From Octopus sinensis (taxonomy: Eukaryota), in NCBI RefSeq assembly GCF_006345805.1, contig NW_021833869.1, forward strand, positions 1 through 53,406: a DNA stretch of 53,406 bases, written 5' to 3'. This document shows, in pieces, positions 12,391-24,795 of the stretch. The position numbers were made by a program, and so were the translations under genes. The notes beneath the pieces are model-generated. The model was not told the DNA's origin and ran no database searches. It saw nothing but the letters and a program-made list of their open reading frames with translations. The first letter of the stretch is position 1. Each line of letters opens with the position of its first letter.

Positions 12391-13160
12391 ACATGCATAC
12401 CATACATAGTTTTAAATATTTATTCCCAATCCTTTGCAAATAATAACATTATCATTTTTATGTCTGTTTTCCATTTTGGTATAGGCTAGATCCAACAGGA
12501 TGAAACAGGTTGGATCTTGCTCCACTTTCTCAGTTTTGGCATGGTTCCTATAGCCAGATGCTCTCTCTGACACCAACCACTTTACAAAGTGTACTGGCTA
12601 CGTTTTATCATGGCACCAACATCATAGAGGTTGTCTTGTCCTTGTTAAGCATAAAGATCCTTGTCAAGCTTTGCATTGTTGCCGGGCTTGAGTGTGTTTT
12701 AGTCTTTACCAACCATGTACAAACTGTATTTTGTTTTTTTTAATAGCACTGTTGCTACAGGAGTCTCCTTGTAGCTTGCAAGCCAAAAGAGAATTAACAA
12801 TTGTTTTCAATTCTCTTTCATAGTTTATCAATCAATTGTCTTCCGGATAATAATAATAAATACTGTCTGTATAAATTGCCATATATCTGATTTTGCTCCA
12901 TTAAGTGTTACATACACAAACCAAAGCAAAATAAATATAGATTATTCAATTAATGAATGACAATCAATGCTTAAGCAATGAGAATTGAAACAAATGACAA
13001 TATTGTGATTTTAAACCTTTTGTTGCCATATTTCCGTTGAAATGCCAAACTCTTTTGTTTCAATTAATTTTGAAATTAATGAAAAAATTTAGTGAAATAA
13101 ATTTGTCGTTAGCTGGTGTTTGGGACACGAGAAATTTTAATGGAATGCTTTTAGATCCCT

Positions 13161-13368
13161 TTACTCTTTTACTTGTTTCAGTCATTTGACTGCGGCCATG
13201 CTGGAGCACCGCCTTTTTTTAGTCAAGCAACTTGACCCCGGCACTTATTCTTTGTAAGCCCAGTACTTATTCTATCGGTCTGTCTTGCCGAGCCGCTAAG
13301 TGACGGGCACATAAACACACCAGCATCGGTTGTCAAGCAATGCTAGGGGGACAAACACGGACACACAA

Positions 13369-13413
<45 letters not shown>

Positions 13414-13509
13414 TACAACGGGCTTCTTTCAGTTTCCGTCTACCAAATCCACTCACAAGGCTTTGGTCGGCCCGAGGCTATAGTAGAAGACACTTGCCCA
13501 AGGTGCCAC
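13161..13509 (-). mobile_element. SINE family A, 5'-truncated
   Basis: Reverse complement of family A from tail to ggcaccttgggcaagtg. Confidence 0.88.
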
Positions 13510-13599
13510 AAGAGTTTGTATCATAGAACTTGGACAAGTTGGTATGGAAAAGATTAATGCTTTAAATATTTAACAGGTGTTCTTGTGGGTCAAGGAATG

Positions 13600-13990
13600 C
13601 ATTTGTGGCTATCTGAAAGTGTTTGTTGCATCTCCTATCCATCATATCTGTCCCCTATTCCTGGGAGGGTTTATTATGGGTAGAATCTTCAGACACCCTT
13701 TCCATAGGGTTCCACCAGAAGAAACTGTTATTAGACTTCACACTCGGATTCCCTGGCATGACCAACCGACACTATGGATATTAGCCAACCATTGCATTCT
13801 TGGTCTACCCCGGGGTCTCCTGATGGCTCACCTTGGAGATTTCGTCTTGCAATTCTTTCCTGTGACATTTTAGTCCTGTCGTGTAATACTGCAGCTGTGA
13901 TCTTTCAATTGGGAGAAGTAGTGACTCAGCCTGGAGAGACTCAGTTGTTTGTCTTAGTTTGGAAAGTTTTAACACTAAATATTTCTTGAA
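13600..13990 (-). mobile_element. Possible decayed RTE-clade LINE 3' region
   Basis: Minus strand contains PGRPRMQWLANIH, resembling the RGRPR.RW.D.I motif at RTE ORF ends; heavily frameshifted. Confidence 0.35.
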
Positions 13991-14415
13991 TAGAATTAGA
14001 TTTCCAAAAGTTTCTGACTGAGGAATTATTTTAACTGAGGCTTAGAAGTTTTCATTACGTTGTGAGATGGCTGCTTCCTAAGGTTTTTCAAATGGTACAG
14101 TTCTTCTTACAGGCTTCACAGTGGCAAAACGGAAGCTTTTTGTTGCAAGTGTTTAACTTATATTTTTATACCAACTTGTTTGAGACTGCCCTTGGTTGTG
14201 TGACACAAACTTCTGTTTTAAAATAGTCAAAATTTCCATGTCAGTTTGTTTCAAGTAATGGTTTCGACAATGGGGCTAGTCAATTACATTGACTCCAGGA
14301 CCCAAATGGTACTTATTTTATCAACCCCGAAAGGATGAAAGGCAACATTGACTTCAGAACTTTCACTTGGAATGCAGTGATGGACAAGATGCCTTAAGCA
14401 ATATTTCATGCAGCA

Positions 14416-14814
14416 TACTCTTACTCTTTACTCTTTTACTTGTTTCAGTCATTTGACTGCGGCCATGCTGGAGCACCGCCTTTAATCGAGCAACTCGACC
14501 TGGGACTTATTCTTTTGTAATCCCAGTACTTATTCTATCGGTCTCTTTTGCCGAACTGCTAAGTAGCGGGGACATAAACACACCAGCATCGGTTGTCAAG
14601 CAATGCTAGGGGGACAAACACAAACACACACACACGCATATATATATACATATATACGACAGGCTTCTTTCAGTTTCCGTCTACCAAATACACTCACAAG
14701 GCTTTGGTCGGCCCGAGGCTATAGTAGAAGACACTTGCCCAAGGTGCCACGCAGTAGGACTGAACCCGGGATCATGTGGTTGGTAAACAAGCTACTTACC
14801 ACACAGCCACTCCT
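14416..14814 (-). mobile_element. SINE family A, full length
   Basis: Reverse complement aligns with 11500-11893; (ACTCTTT)n tail. Confidence 0.92.
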
Positions 14815-14860
14815 ATTCTGCCAGCTTACCAACTTAATGTCAAAATTATTTTACTAGGTG

Positions 14861-15215
14861 AAGGAGTGGCTCTGTGGTAAGAAACCTGCTTCCCAGCCAC
14901 ATGGTTCTGGGTTCAGTCCTACTGTGCGACACTTGAGCAAGTGTCTTCTACTTTTGCCTCAAGCCAACCATAGCCTTGTGAGTGGATTTGATAGGCGGAA
15001 ACTGAAAGAAACCCATCGTATATATGTGCCTGTGTTTGTCCCCTTGTTACTGCTTGACAACCAGTGTTGGTGTGTTTATGTTCCTGTAACTTAGTTGTTC
15101 AGCAAAAAGAGACCCAATAGAATAAGTATCATGGTTGATTCATTCGACTAAAATTCTTCAAGGTGGTGCCCCAGCATGGCCAGTCTAATGATTAAAATGG
15201 GTAAAAAAATAAACA
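14861..15215 (+). mobile_element. SINE family A (diverged)
   Basis: aaggagtggctctgtggtaag head through ccccagcatggcc tail. Confidence 0.8.
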
Positions 15216-15749
15216 AATTCATAATTTTAAAATCAGAGACAATAGTTGTGCATTTCAACAAATATGGGTCAACAAAGGGGTCAGACCTCACACAAGTCCT
15301 CAGCTTGACCATCCCACAGATATCTCAAGTCCTCGTTAAAAGATATTGAGCAAGTACACTATGCTTTTACTAAAAAGTGAATTTTCTTTCCAGATAATTT
15401 AACCATTTTCAAAACGTGTGTCACAAGAATAAATATATCTTATGGCTTGGAAAGCTTTTAATAAGCCTGGCTGTGTGGTTATATCACTTGCTTTGGAACC
15501 ATGTGGTTTCAGGTTCAGTACCATGGCACAGCATCTACCATAGCCCTTGAACAACTAATGCCATGTGAGTGAATTTGGTTTGTGGAAACCATGTAGACGC
15601 CCATGTGTATGTATATTTCCCACCCTACCAACTGACAACCGATGTTGGTTTGTTTACATCCCCGTAACTTAGCAGCTCAGCAAAAGAGGCTGGTAGAATG
15701 AGTACCAGCCTTTAAAACTAAGTGTTTGAGATTGATTTGTTTGTCTAAG

Positions 15750-16447
15750 CCGGTGGTTCCCAAAGTGGGTGGTATTGCTCCCCTGTGGGTGGCGGAAAGT
15801 TCCAAGGGGGTGTTGAAGACAAATGGTGGGGAGGGGTAATGGGGTAGCAATTCAACAACAAAATAATGGGTTTATTAGGTTAAGGGTTATTTGTGAAATA
15901 CAGTTGCTTTGAATTTGCTTCAGAAAGAGGTTTATGTTTGTGATGGTTAGTTGGGGGGTGGGGCACTAGGAATGTGGACTTGGTGTCAAGGGGGCAGCAG
16001 CCTCGCAGCATGGCTGTAATGCAGTGAGTAAAAAAAAGTAAAAAAGACAATTCTGGTTTTTCCATGTTCCTAAACTGTAAATTCTAACTTAAATCTTTCC
16101 TTAAATCAATCCCCAGTATTTTTTTTTTTTTTTTTTTTGTCTAAACCAGGATTTATCAACTGGTGTCCATTTGACATTGGGGCAGAGTCTACAGATGCAA
16201 TATAGTAAAAAAAAAAAAAGGGGGGTGGGTCCACGGTAATTTTTCAGGAGCCATGAAAAAATTGTGCTTCAGACCAGTAAAGTTTATGTGCAATGAATTT
16301 AAGGATCCACAAAACGGTTTTTATACAAGCCCTAATAATATTTTATAAAAATACACAAGGATTTTTTAAACATTGAAAGGGTGGGGGTTCCCTTAAGTAA
16401 AATAAAAATCAAAGGGGTCCATAGGTAAAAATGGTTGAGAACCCCTG
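15750..16447. mobile_element. hAT-like MITE inserted in a family A SINE (SINE starts ~15465)
   Basis: Ends cggtggttcccaaa and tggttgagaacccctg; SINE body stops at gtttgtctaagc and resumes at ccctaaacctttcaagatggtaccccagcatgg; a fragment of the same right end occurs inverted at ~40553-40600. Confidence 0.55.
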
Positions 16448-17280
16448 CCCTAAACCTTTCAAGATGGTACCCCAGCATGGCTAGACTGGAACAAATGAAA
16501 AAGAAATAAATTTAGAGAATATTTCAAGGATTTATCAACTGGTGTCCATTTGACATTGGGGCAGAGTCTACAGATGCAATATAGTAAAAAAAAAAAAAGG
16601 GGGGGGTCCACGGTAATTTTTCAGGAGCCGTGAAAAAATTGTGCTTCAGACCAGTAAAGTTTATGTGCAATGAATTTAAGGATCCACAAAACGGTTTTTA
16701 TACAAGCCCTAATAATATTTTATAAAAATACACAAGGATTTTTTAAACATTGAAAGGGTGGGGGTTCCCTTAAGTAAAATAAAAATCAAAGGGGTCCATA
16801 GGTAAAAATGGTTGAGAACCCCTGCCCTAAACCTTTCAAGATGGTACCCCAGCATGGCTAGACTGGAACAAATGAAAAAGAAATAAATTTAGAGAATATT
16901 TCAAGGATTTATCAACTGGTGTCCATTTGACATTGGGGCAGAGTCTACAGATGCAATATAGTAAAAAAAAAAAGGGGGGGGGGTCCACGGTAATTTTTCA
17001 GGAGCCATGAAAAAATTGTGCTTCAGACCAGTAAAGTTTATGTGCAATGAATTTAAGTATCCACAAAACGGTTTTTATACAAGCCCTAATAATATTTTAT
17101 AAAAATACACAAGGATTTTTTAAACATTGAAAGGGTGGGGGTTCCCTTAAGTAAAATAAAAATCAAAGGGGTCCATAGGTAAAAATGGTTGAGAACCCCT
17201 GCCCTAAACCTTTCAAGATGGTACCCCAGCATGGCTAGACTGGAACAAATGAAAAAGAAATAAATTTAGAGAATATTTCA
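16148..17280. repeat. Tandem triplication of a ~378-bp unit
   Basis: aggatttatcaactggtgtcc starts at 16148, 16527 and 16904; copies differ only in homopolymer lengths and about two substitutions. Confidence 0.95.
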
Positions 17281-17759
17281 GAATATTTCCTTGTTCAACC
17301 GTAAATTTTAACAAATCTTAAAAAAAAAAAAAAAAAATTTTTTTTAAAACTGGTAAATGCTCTTGATTAGACGTCTTCTTTCAATCATTCAACTATGGCT
17401 ATGCTGGGACACCACCTTGAAGGATTTAGCCAAATCAAACCCCAATATATATTAATTTTTTTTTTTAAACCTGATGCTTTTTCTACTCTTCTTTCTAAAG
17501 TACAAAGTTTTGGAAACCTAAACAAATACACAAACTGGCTCCTTTCAGTTTCTGTCCACCAAATCCAGTTGCAAGGTTTTGGTTGGCCTAGGGCTATAGT
17601 GGAAGGTACTTTCCCAAGGTGCTACTCAGTGGATCTAAACCCAAGACCACTTGTCTTGGAATGGGATCTCATAAAAACAGCATCTGAATAACCTAAATTT
17701 TAGGAAGTGACTCATCATAACAATGATAATAATCCTATATGACATTTAAAAACTGTTAT

Positions 17760-18880
17760 TATTCGCGCTGGCCTAATTGTTAGCATGCTGAATGAAATGC
17801 TCGGCGGTATTTTGTCTGCCACTACGTTCTGAGTTCAAATTCTGTTGAGGTTGACTTTCATCCTTTCGCGGTCAATGAAATAAGTATCAGTTGAATATTG
17901 GGGTCAATGTAATCAACTTACCTTGTGCCTTTTGTAGAAAGGATTATTATTATTATTATTATTATTAAAGTGGTGAGCTGGCAGAAACGTTAGCACGCAG
18001 GGCAAAATGCTTAGCGGTATTTCGTCTGCCGCTACGTTCTGAGTTCAAATTCCACCAAGGTCGACTTTACTTTTCATTCTTTCAGGGTCGTTTAAATAAG
18101 TACCAGTTACACACTGGGGTTGAAGTAATTGACTTAATCTGTTTGTCTGTCCTTGTTTGTCCTCTCTGTGTTTAGCCCCTTGTGGGTAGTGTAAAGAAAT
18201 GGGTATTTCACCCATCGCTACATTCTGAGTTCAAATTCCACCGAAGTCGACTTTGCCTTTCATCCTTTCAGGGTTGATTAACCAAGTACCTGTTATGCAC
18301 TGAAGTCAATGTAATCAACTAGACCCCCCCCCCCCGCCAAAAAAAAAAAATTCAGGCCTTGTGCTAACAGTAGGATTATTATTGAGGTGTGATGAGCTGG
18401 TAGAGTTGTTAGCATGCTGGACAAAATTCTTAGCGCTTTTTCACCTGTCGCTACATTCTGAGTTTAAATTCTGCCAAGGTTGACTTCACCTTTCCTCCTT
18501 TCAGGGTCATTGTGATCGACTTGTCACCTTCCCCACAAAATTTCAGGCCCTGTACCTATCATAGAAAGGATTATTATTATTATTATTATTATTGGAAAAA
18601 TTTCAGTGTATCAAATTGAAATAAAAACAAAATGTTGTCATTTTGTAAACCATAAATATCAAATCGGGCAACAAGCTGACAGAATCATTAGTACACTGGG
18701 CAAAATGCATAGTGGAATTTTTTCTCTGTCTTTATATTCTGAGTTCAAATTCCACCATGGTCGATTTTACCATTCTTCCTTTTAAGGTCAATAAAATAAT
18801 AGTTGAGCACTGGGGGGTCAATGTAGTCTATTTTATCCCTCGGTGAAATTGCTGGCTTTGTGCAAAAATTTGAAATCATT
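17760..18880 (+). mobile_element. Head-to-tail cluster of four family B SINEs with (ATT)n tails
   Basis: gttagca..ttctgagttcaaatt..gacttt..catccttt repeated at ~17780, 17975, 18395, 18685, separated by aggattattatt. Confidence 0.8.
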
Positions 18881-19180
18881 ATTTTTCAAACAAGGTTGGG
18901 CAATTCTCCATGCACAAAATACATCTTTGATTTTTTTATTGGGTGCTGGAATAGCTGAATGTTTCGAGCAGTGGTTCTCAACTAGGGTCTGTATGACCCT
19001 TGCTGGGTTTCATATAGGAAATATTGTTGTTAAAAGTTTGTGTGCAATAAACTGGCTGTATTTTTACAATACACAAAATAAACATTTTTTATACAATTCC
19101 TTATGATATTTAATCATAAATATATATTAGTCTTTGAGATTTTAGACATCAAATGGCTGTATGGGGGGCCCCCCCCTCTC

Positions 19181-19545
19181 CGTAAGGGGTTGTGTGGTAA
19201 GAAGTTTGCTTCCCAACCACATGGTTCCAGGTTCAGTCCCACTGCGTGGCACCTTGGACAAGTGTCTTCTACTATAGTCTCAGGCCAACCAAAGCCTTCT
19301 TGGTGGACTTGGTAGACGGAAACTGAAAGAAGCCTGTCATATGTGTTTGTCCCCCCCCCCGCCTGCCATCGCTTGACAATTGATGTTGGTGTGTTTATGT
19401 CCCTGTCGCCTAGTTGTCCAGCAAAAGGGACTAATAGAATAAGTACTAGGCTTACAAAGAATAAGTCATGGGGCCGATTTATTCGACTAAAGGTGGTGCT
19501 CCAGCATGGCTGCAGTCAAATGACTGAAACAAGTAGAAGAAAAAT
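19181..19545 (+). mobile_element. SINE family A
   Basis: Aligns with family A consensus from head to tail. Confidence 0.85.
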
Positions 19546-19993
19546 ACAAGAATAAAGGGATCCAAAAAGAAAAAGGGGTTGGCTCACTGATTTTGAGCAT
19601 CAGACAAAATGTCTTGCAGTATTAAGTTTTATGTTCTGAGTTCAAATCCCACTGAGGTTGACTTTGCCTTTTGTTCTTCTAGGGGTCAGTAAAGTACAGT
19701 AAAATACTGGGGTGAAATGTATTTGACCTCCCACCCCCTTGCCTCATAATTCTGCCCACCAGAGGGCGCTGTGGGTAGCCTCTGCTTGTCTGACACTACT
19801 AAAGGTTTTTTTTTTTTCCGTTTCAATCATTAGACTGCGGCCATGCTGGGGCACTGCCTTGAAGAATTTTAGTCAAACAAGTTGACCCCAGTAGTTATTT
19901 AAAGCCAGGTACTACTTATTCTATCAGTCTCTTTTGCCGAACCGCTAAATTACAGAGACATAAACACATCAACACCTGTTGTCAAGCAGTGAT

Positions 19994-20031
<38 letters not shown>

Positions 20032-20580
20032 ATCCACCAAATACTGCATGACTACTAATTTTGACAATTAACAAAGGTTTCTAATTTAAGCACAAGTCCA
20101 AGAATTCTGAGAAGGTGTTTAGTTAATACAACTGACTAGTTAATACAACTGGTACTTCATTTTATCGACTCTGAAGGAAAAAAAAAAGGTAAAAGAGGAC
20201 CGCAATAGGATTCAAACTCAGAACATAGAGCTAGAAGAAATGCCACAAGGCCATTTTTCTCATGTTTCTGCCAATCCAATACTCTTATGATAATAGTCCT
20301 TTCTACTGTAGACACAAGGAAAAACTAAAGGAGGTGGGGTCTCGGTAGAATTAGAACTCAGACTGGGAAAACAGACAAAATGCTGTTACTAGGACATCTC
20401 AGCCACGAAAGTCCTACCCTCGGGGACAAACAACACACACACACACACAGGGCTTCTTTCAGTATCCATCTACCAAATCTACTCACAAGGTTGGCTGATG
20501 GTAACACGCAGTGGGATTGAACCAGGAACCATGAGATTGGGAAAATTTCTTACCACACACCTACACCTGTATAAAGATAT

Positions 20581-20864
20581 TCTTCTTCTTCTAACCGCTC
20601 AGTCAAAGTCGACTCTCGGTCACTCATTGGATCAGTGTCCTCCAGTCAGTTCTATCCTGGGCCGCTTCTTTCAGACTGGCTATGTCCATTCCGGTATCAC
20701 TCTTGATGGTGTCAAGCCAGCGGGTTCTTGGTCGGCCTCTTCCTCTCTTGTCACTGACCATTCCGAGCATGATGTCCTTCTCCAGGGATTTTCTCCGCAT
20801 AATATGACCGAAATATGCCAATCTATGCTTGGTGATCCTAGCTTCTAAGCAGCATTTTCGGCCT
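20581..20864 (-). mobile_element. 5'-truncated RTE-clade LINE (BovB-like 3' end)
   Basis: Minus ORF YFGHIMRRKSLEKDIMLGMVSDKRGRGRPRTRWLDTIK; 3' end gagagtcgactttgactgagcggtt(aga)n; TSD tataaagatat (20570-20580) / tataaaaatat (20865-20875). Confidence 0.88.
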
Positions 20865-21134
20865 TATAAAAATATAAAATGTCTTATATATTGTTCAAGT
20901 GGGTTGAAACTAGGTTTTACATAATGTGTGATGTATATTGATAGTAAAACAGTCATATTATGTATAGATTGTCATATCGTGGCACTCTGTCAGTTACGAT
21001 GACGAGGGTTCCAATTGAGCTGATCGATGGAACAACCTGCTCATGAAATTAATGTGCAAGTGGCTGAGTACTCCACAGACACGTGTAGTTCTCAGTGAGA
21101 TTCAGTGTGACAAGGCTGGCCCTTTGAAATACAG

Positions 21135-21285
21135 GTACAGCAGGGTTCACCACCACCCCCTGCCTGAGCCATGTGGAGCTTTAGGTGTTTTCGTTCAATA
21201 AACACTCACAACAACTGGTCTGGGAATCGAAACCATGATCCTACGACGAGTCCACTGCCCTAACCACTGGGCCGTTGTGCATCCA
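21135..21285 (-). mobile_element. SINE family C, 5' half
   Basis: Reverse complement of the 1251 head and first part of the body. Confidence 0.8.
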
Positions 21286-21614
21286 CTGTGATTTACATAT
21301 ATACACACAAAAGCTAAATTTGAAAATAGGTCAAAACACCAATAGGTAGAACTCTTAACTAACGAGTTAATTAGTGTGTGTGTATGCGTGTGTACACGTA
21401 CACTCTAGTATACAAGTATTTCAAATTTTAGCTCAAAGCCAGCAATTTTAAGGGAGGAATAAGTTGATTACAACAACCCCCAGTTTTTAGCTGGTACTTA
21501 TTTTATGACAGGATGGAAGGCCAAGCTGAGAGACAAAATTTGAACCCAGAACATAAAAGTGCTGAAAGAAATGTACTTACTAAGTACTTAGTCCAACTCA
21601 ATAACAATTCAACC

Positions 21615-21660
<46 letters not shown>

Positions 21661-22177
21661 ATCATTATTGAGGGAATAAAATCCAAACTTACAAGGAAAA
21701 AAATTCAATTTAGAAATACTAAATCAAATTTCACGCAATATATATATATATATAAAAAAATTAGGGAAAAAAACACCTTTTATCAATTCAAAATGAACAA
21801 TTAAATTACACCATCTAGAAAATTACATATAATAGAAAAATTAAAATAACAATAAAATGTCAATGATTAAGTAAATTGCAAGAAATAATTATAAAAACGT
21901 ATATATATATATATAACAAACTGAGGAAAAGAAATCCTTCAAAGGGGTGTATTAAACATCCATTTCATTGCTATGTCAGTTGAATCCCATATAAATATTG
22001 GTATGATGCAATTATAAAGGTAAATTAGAGAGATTCTATTGTCAATCCAATTATTTATATTACAAAATTACATGATATATTATGTTATATTCATAATATA
22101 CCATGTAATATTGCAATATAAATAAATTACTGGATTGTCAATAGTATCTCTATTTAATCTTTATATATATATATATG

Positions 22178-22344
22178 TAAAACGGTAAGATAACAAAAGA
22201 AAGAAAGAGACCTCAATATTATGTAATAGAGGAAATTTATCTATACAATAATATGTTACATTACTCGATAGTCAAGATAAAACTCTGCATCTGAAACTCA
22301 GAGTTTTATCTTGACTATCGAGTAATGTAACATATTATTGTATA
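22178..22344. mobile_element. TA-flanked foldback element with a perfect 46-bp inverted repeat (Penelope pLTR-like)
   Basis: 22242-22287 is the exact reverse complement of 22299-22344; 11-nt loop; contains gaaactcagagt. Confidence 0.6.
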
Positions 22345-22744
22345 TATATATATATGTGTGTAGGTCCCGGTTGAGTCTGGGTAAACCACAGTAAATAAGG
22401 TACTCAATACATAGCAGAGTAAAGTAATTTATTTGTAGTCCTGTAGAAGCTCCTATAAAATAAATATATATATATATATAATGTTGCAAACCTCATTCAG
22501 GGATAGCAAAATCGTATGATGAAAGTACTGTTTAGTTACCTATACAAAGAAAGTTGAACATTAGTGATGTTCAACTGTAAGGTAACTATATAAACTGTGG
22601 TTTATGTATATTTATTTGTTTGAATAAGAAAATAGAGAGGTAATTAATAAATTCTTAATTATCTCTATTTTCTTATACACACACACATATATAGATATAT
22701 ACATACACACAGTGGCAGACTGGCCAGCTTGCCTGATAGCAAGT

Positions 22745-22942
22745 GGGCCCCTGCGCCATTAGAATCTGGAAGCCATCCACTCGCAATACCAGAGGGCGCA
22801 CACTCTCCTACCCTGATGTAATCTCCAGGGATACAGGCATCCAGCAACAGGAACTCCGTAATGCTATGATGGACCGTGAAGTCTGGCGTAACATAGTAAA
22901 TTCCATTGTCTCGACCACGGTCGAACAATGATGATGATGATA
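22745..22942 (+). mobile_element. RTE/RTEX-like LINE 3' end
   Basis: IWKPSTRNTRGRTLSYPDVISRDTGIQQQELRNAMMDREVWRNIV* followed directly by a (TGA)n tail. Confidence 0.7.
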
Positions 22943-23029
22943 TATGGAGGCCCATCCCCTCATATTTGAGAATTTTTTAAATTCACTCCTGGAAGACTAC
23001 ATTATTTCACCCTGGGTGTGTTTGTGGAC

Positions 23030-23248
23030 CAGTGGTTTTCAACCAGGGTTCCGCGGAACCTTAGGGTTCCACCAGTACAGTGCAGGGGTTCCGCAAGAAG
23101 TTACAAAACTGCTAAAATTGGCAGTAATTTTTAAGTCTCCTGTGCAGATGTGTGTGCATAAGACTATTAAATTATTGCACAGGGGTTCCTCGAGCAAGTG
23201 GAATGTTTCCTTGGGGTTCTGCTCCAGCAAAAAGTTTGAAAAGCACTG
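23030..23248. mobile_element. hAT (Charlie-type) MITE
   Basis: TIR cagtggttttcaa / ttgaaaagcactg; 8-bp TSD ttgtggac / ttgtagac; second copy at 41558. Confidence 0.9.
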
Positions 23249-23423
23249 TTGTAGACAGTTGAAAAGAATACTTTTAACAAAAAAAAATATAATAAATAAA
23301 TAAAATAAAATAAATGATAGCATTGTAGTTGTGGGTGGGGCCCCCTTAGTCTCCTGGCAACCAATATTTTTAGACCCAGCCACATTTTTATACATACAAA
23401 TACACAAACATACAAAAGTAATC

Positions 23424-23799
23424 TACTCTTTACTCTTTTACTTGTTTCAGTCATTTGACTGCGGCCATGCTGGAGCATCGCCTTTAGTCGAGCAAATCGA
23501 CCCCGGGACTTATTCTTTGTCAGCCCAGTACTTATTCTATCGGTCTCTTTTGCCGAACCACTAAGTGACGGGGACAAACACACACATGTATATATATATA
23601 TATATATAATATATATATATATACATACATATATACGACAGGCTTCTTTCAGTTTCCGTCAACCAAATCCACTCACAAGGCATTGGTCAGCCCGGAGCTA
23701 TAGCAGAAGACACTTGCCCAAGATGCCACACAGTGGGACTGAACCCGGAACCATGTGGTTGGTTACCAAGCTACTTACCACACAGCCACTCCTGCGCCT
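23424..23799 (-). mobile_element. SINE family A, full length
   Basis: Reverse complement of family A consensus. Confidence 0.92.
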
Positions 23800-24393
23800 A
23801 TTAAATACTTTTAAATATTTTTATTAATTAATTTATCTCTAATGGTCTTCAGTTTTTTTTCTTTTTGACGTTTTTTTCACAATAAATATTTTAGTAAATA
23901 ATGGAAGCACAAGTATAGAAGTCTACCAGTTTTAGTACCATACTAAATGAGTCCAACCTGAAATTAAATTAAGACCAAAAAAAAACAAAAAACAACCACC
24001 CTGCTCCACAAGATGTAGATTTAGTCAGTCTGGTTCTATGAGCATTACGGCGCTTAGAGAAAATGTAGAAAATGTCATTAGCCCTCGTTAATATAGTTTC
24101 AGTGAGTCCATTGCTAGGCCGCACCAATTAACACATTACCTTAACGACTTGCTTTGTAATCTAATTTCATTGAGTTAGAATTTCTTTTAGTGGAATAAAC
24201 TAGATTAATTTGTGAATGAAATTATCACTAGATTAGAATGACTAACGAGTGGCATTCTCAGTTTTCTGTTCTAATTTCATTCACATACATGGAGGCATTT
24301 GGCTTAGTGGTTAGGGTGTTGGACACATGATTGTAAGATTGTGGTTTCGATTCCTGGACTGGGCGATGCATTGGCTCTTGAGCAAAACTCTTC

Positions 24394-24795
24394 AGGAGTG
24401 GCTGTGTGGTAAGTAGCTTGCTAACCAACCACATGGTTCCGGGTTCAGTTCCACTGTGTGGCATCTTGGGCAAGTGTCTTCTGCTATAGCCCCGGGCCGA
24501 CCAATGCCTTGTGAGTGGATTTGGTAGACGGAAACTGAAAGAAGCCCGTCATATATATGTATATATATATATATATGTGCGTGTATGTTTGTGTGTCTGT
24601 GTTTGTCCCCCCAGCATTGCTTGACAACAGATGCTGGTGTGTTTACGTCCCCGTCACTTAGCGGTTCGGCAAAAGAGACCGATAGAATTAGTACTAGGCT
24701 TACAAAGAATAGGTCTTGGGGTTGAATGCTCGACTAAAGGCGGTGCTCCAGCATGGGTGCAGTCAAATGACTGAAACAAGTAAAAGAGTAAAGAG
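24394..24795 (+). mobile_element. SINE family A, full length, nested in a family E SINE (24291 to ~24840)
   Basis: Host head ggaggcatttggcttagtgg..ttgagcaaaactcttc resumes after the insert as atttcatgttgctccagtccactc. Confidence 0.88.
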
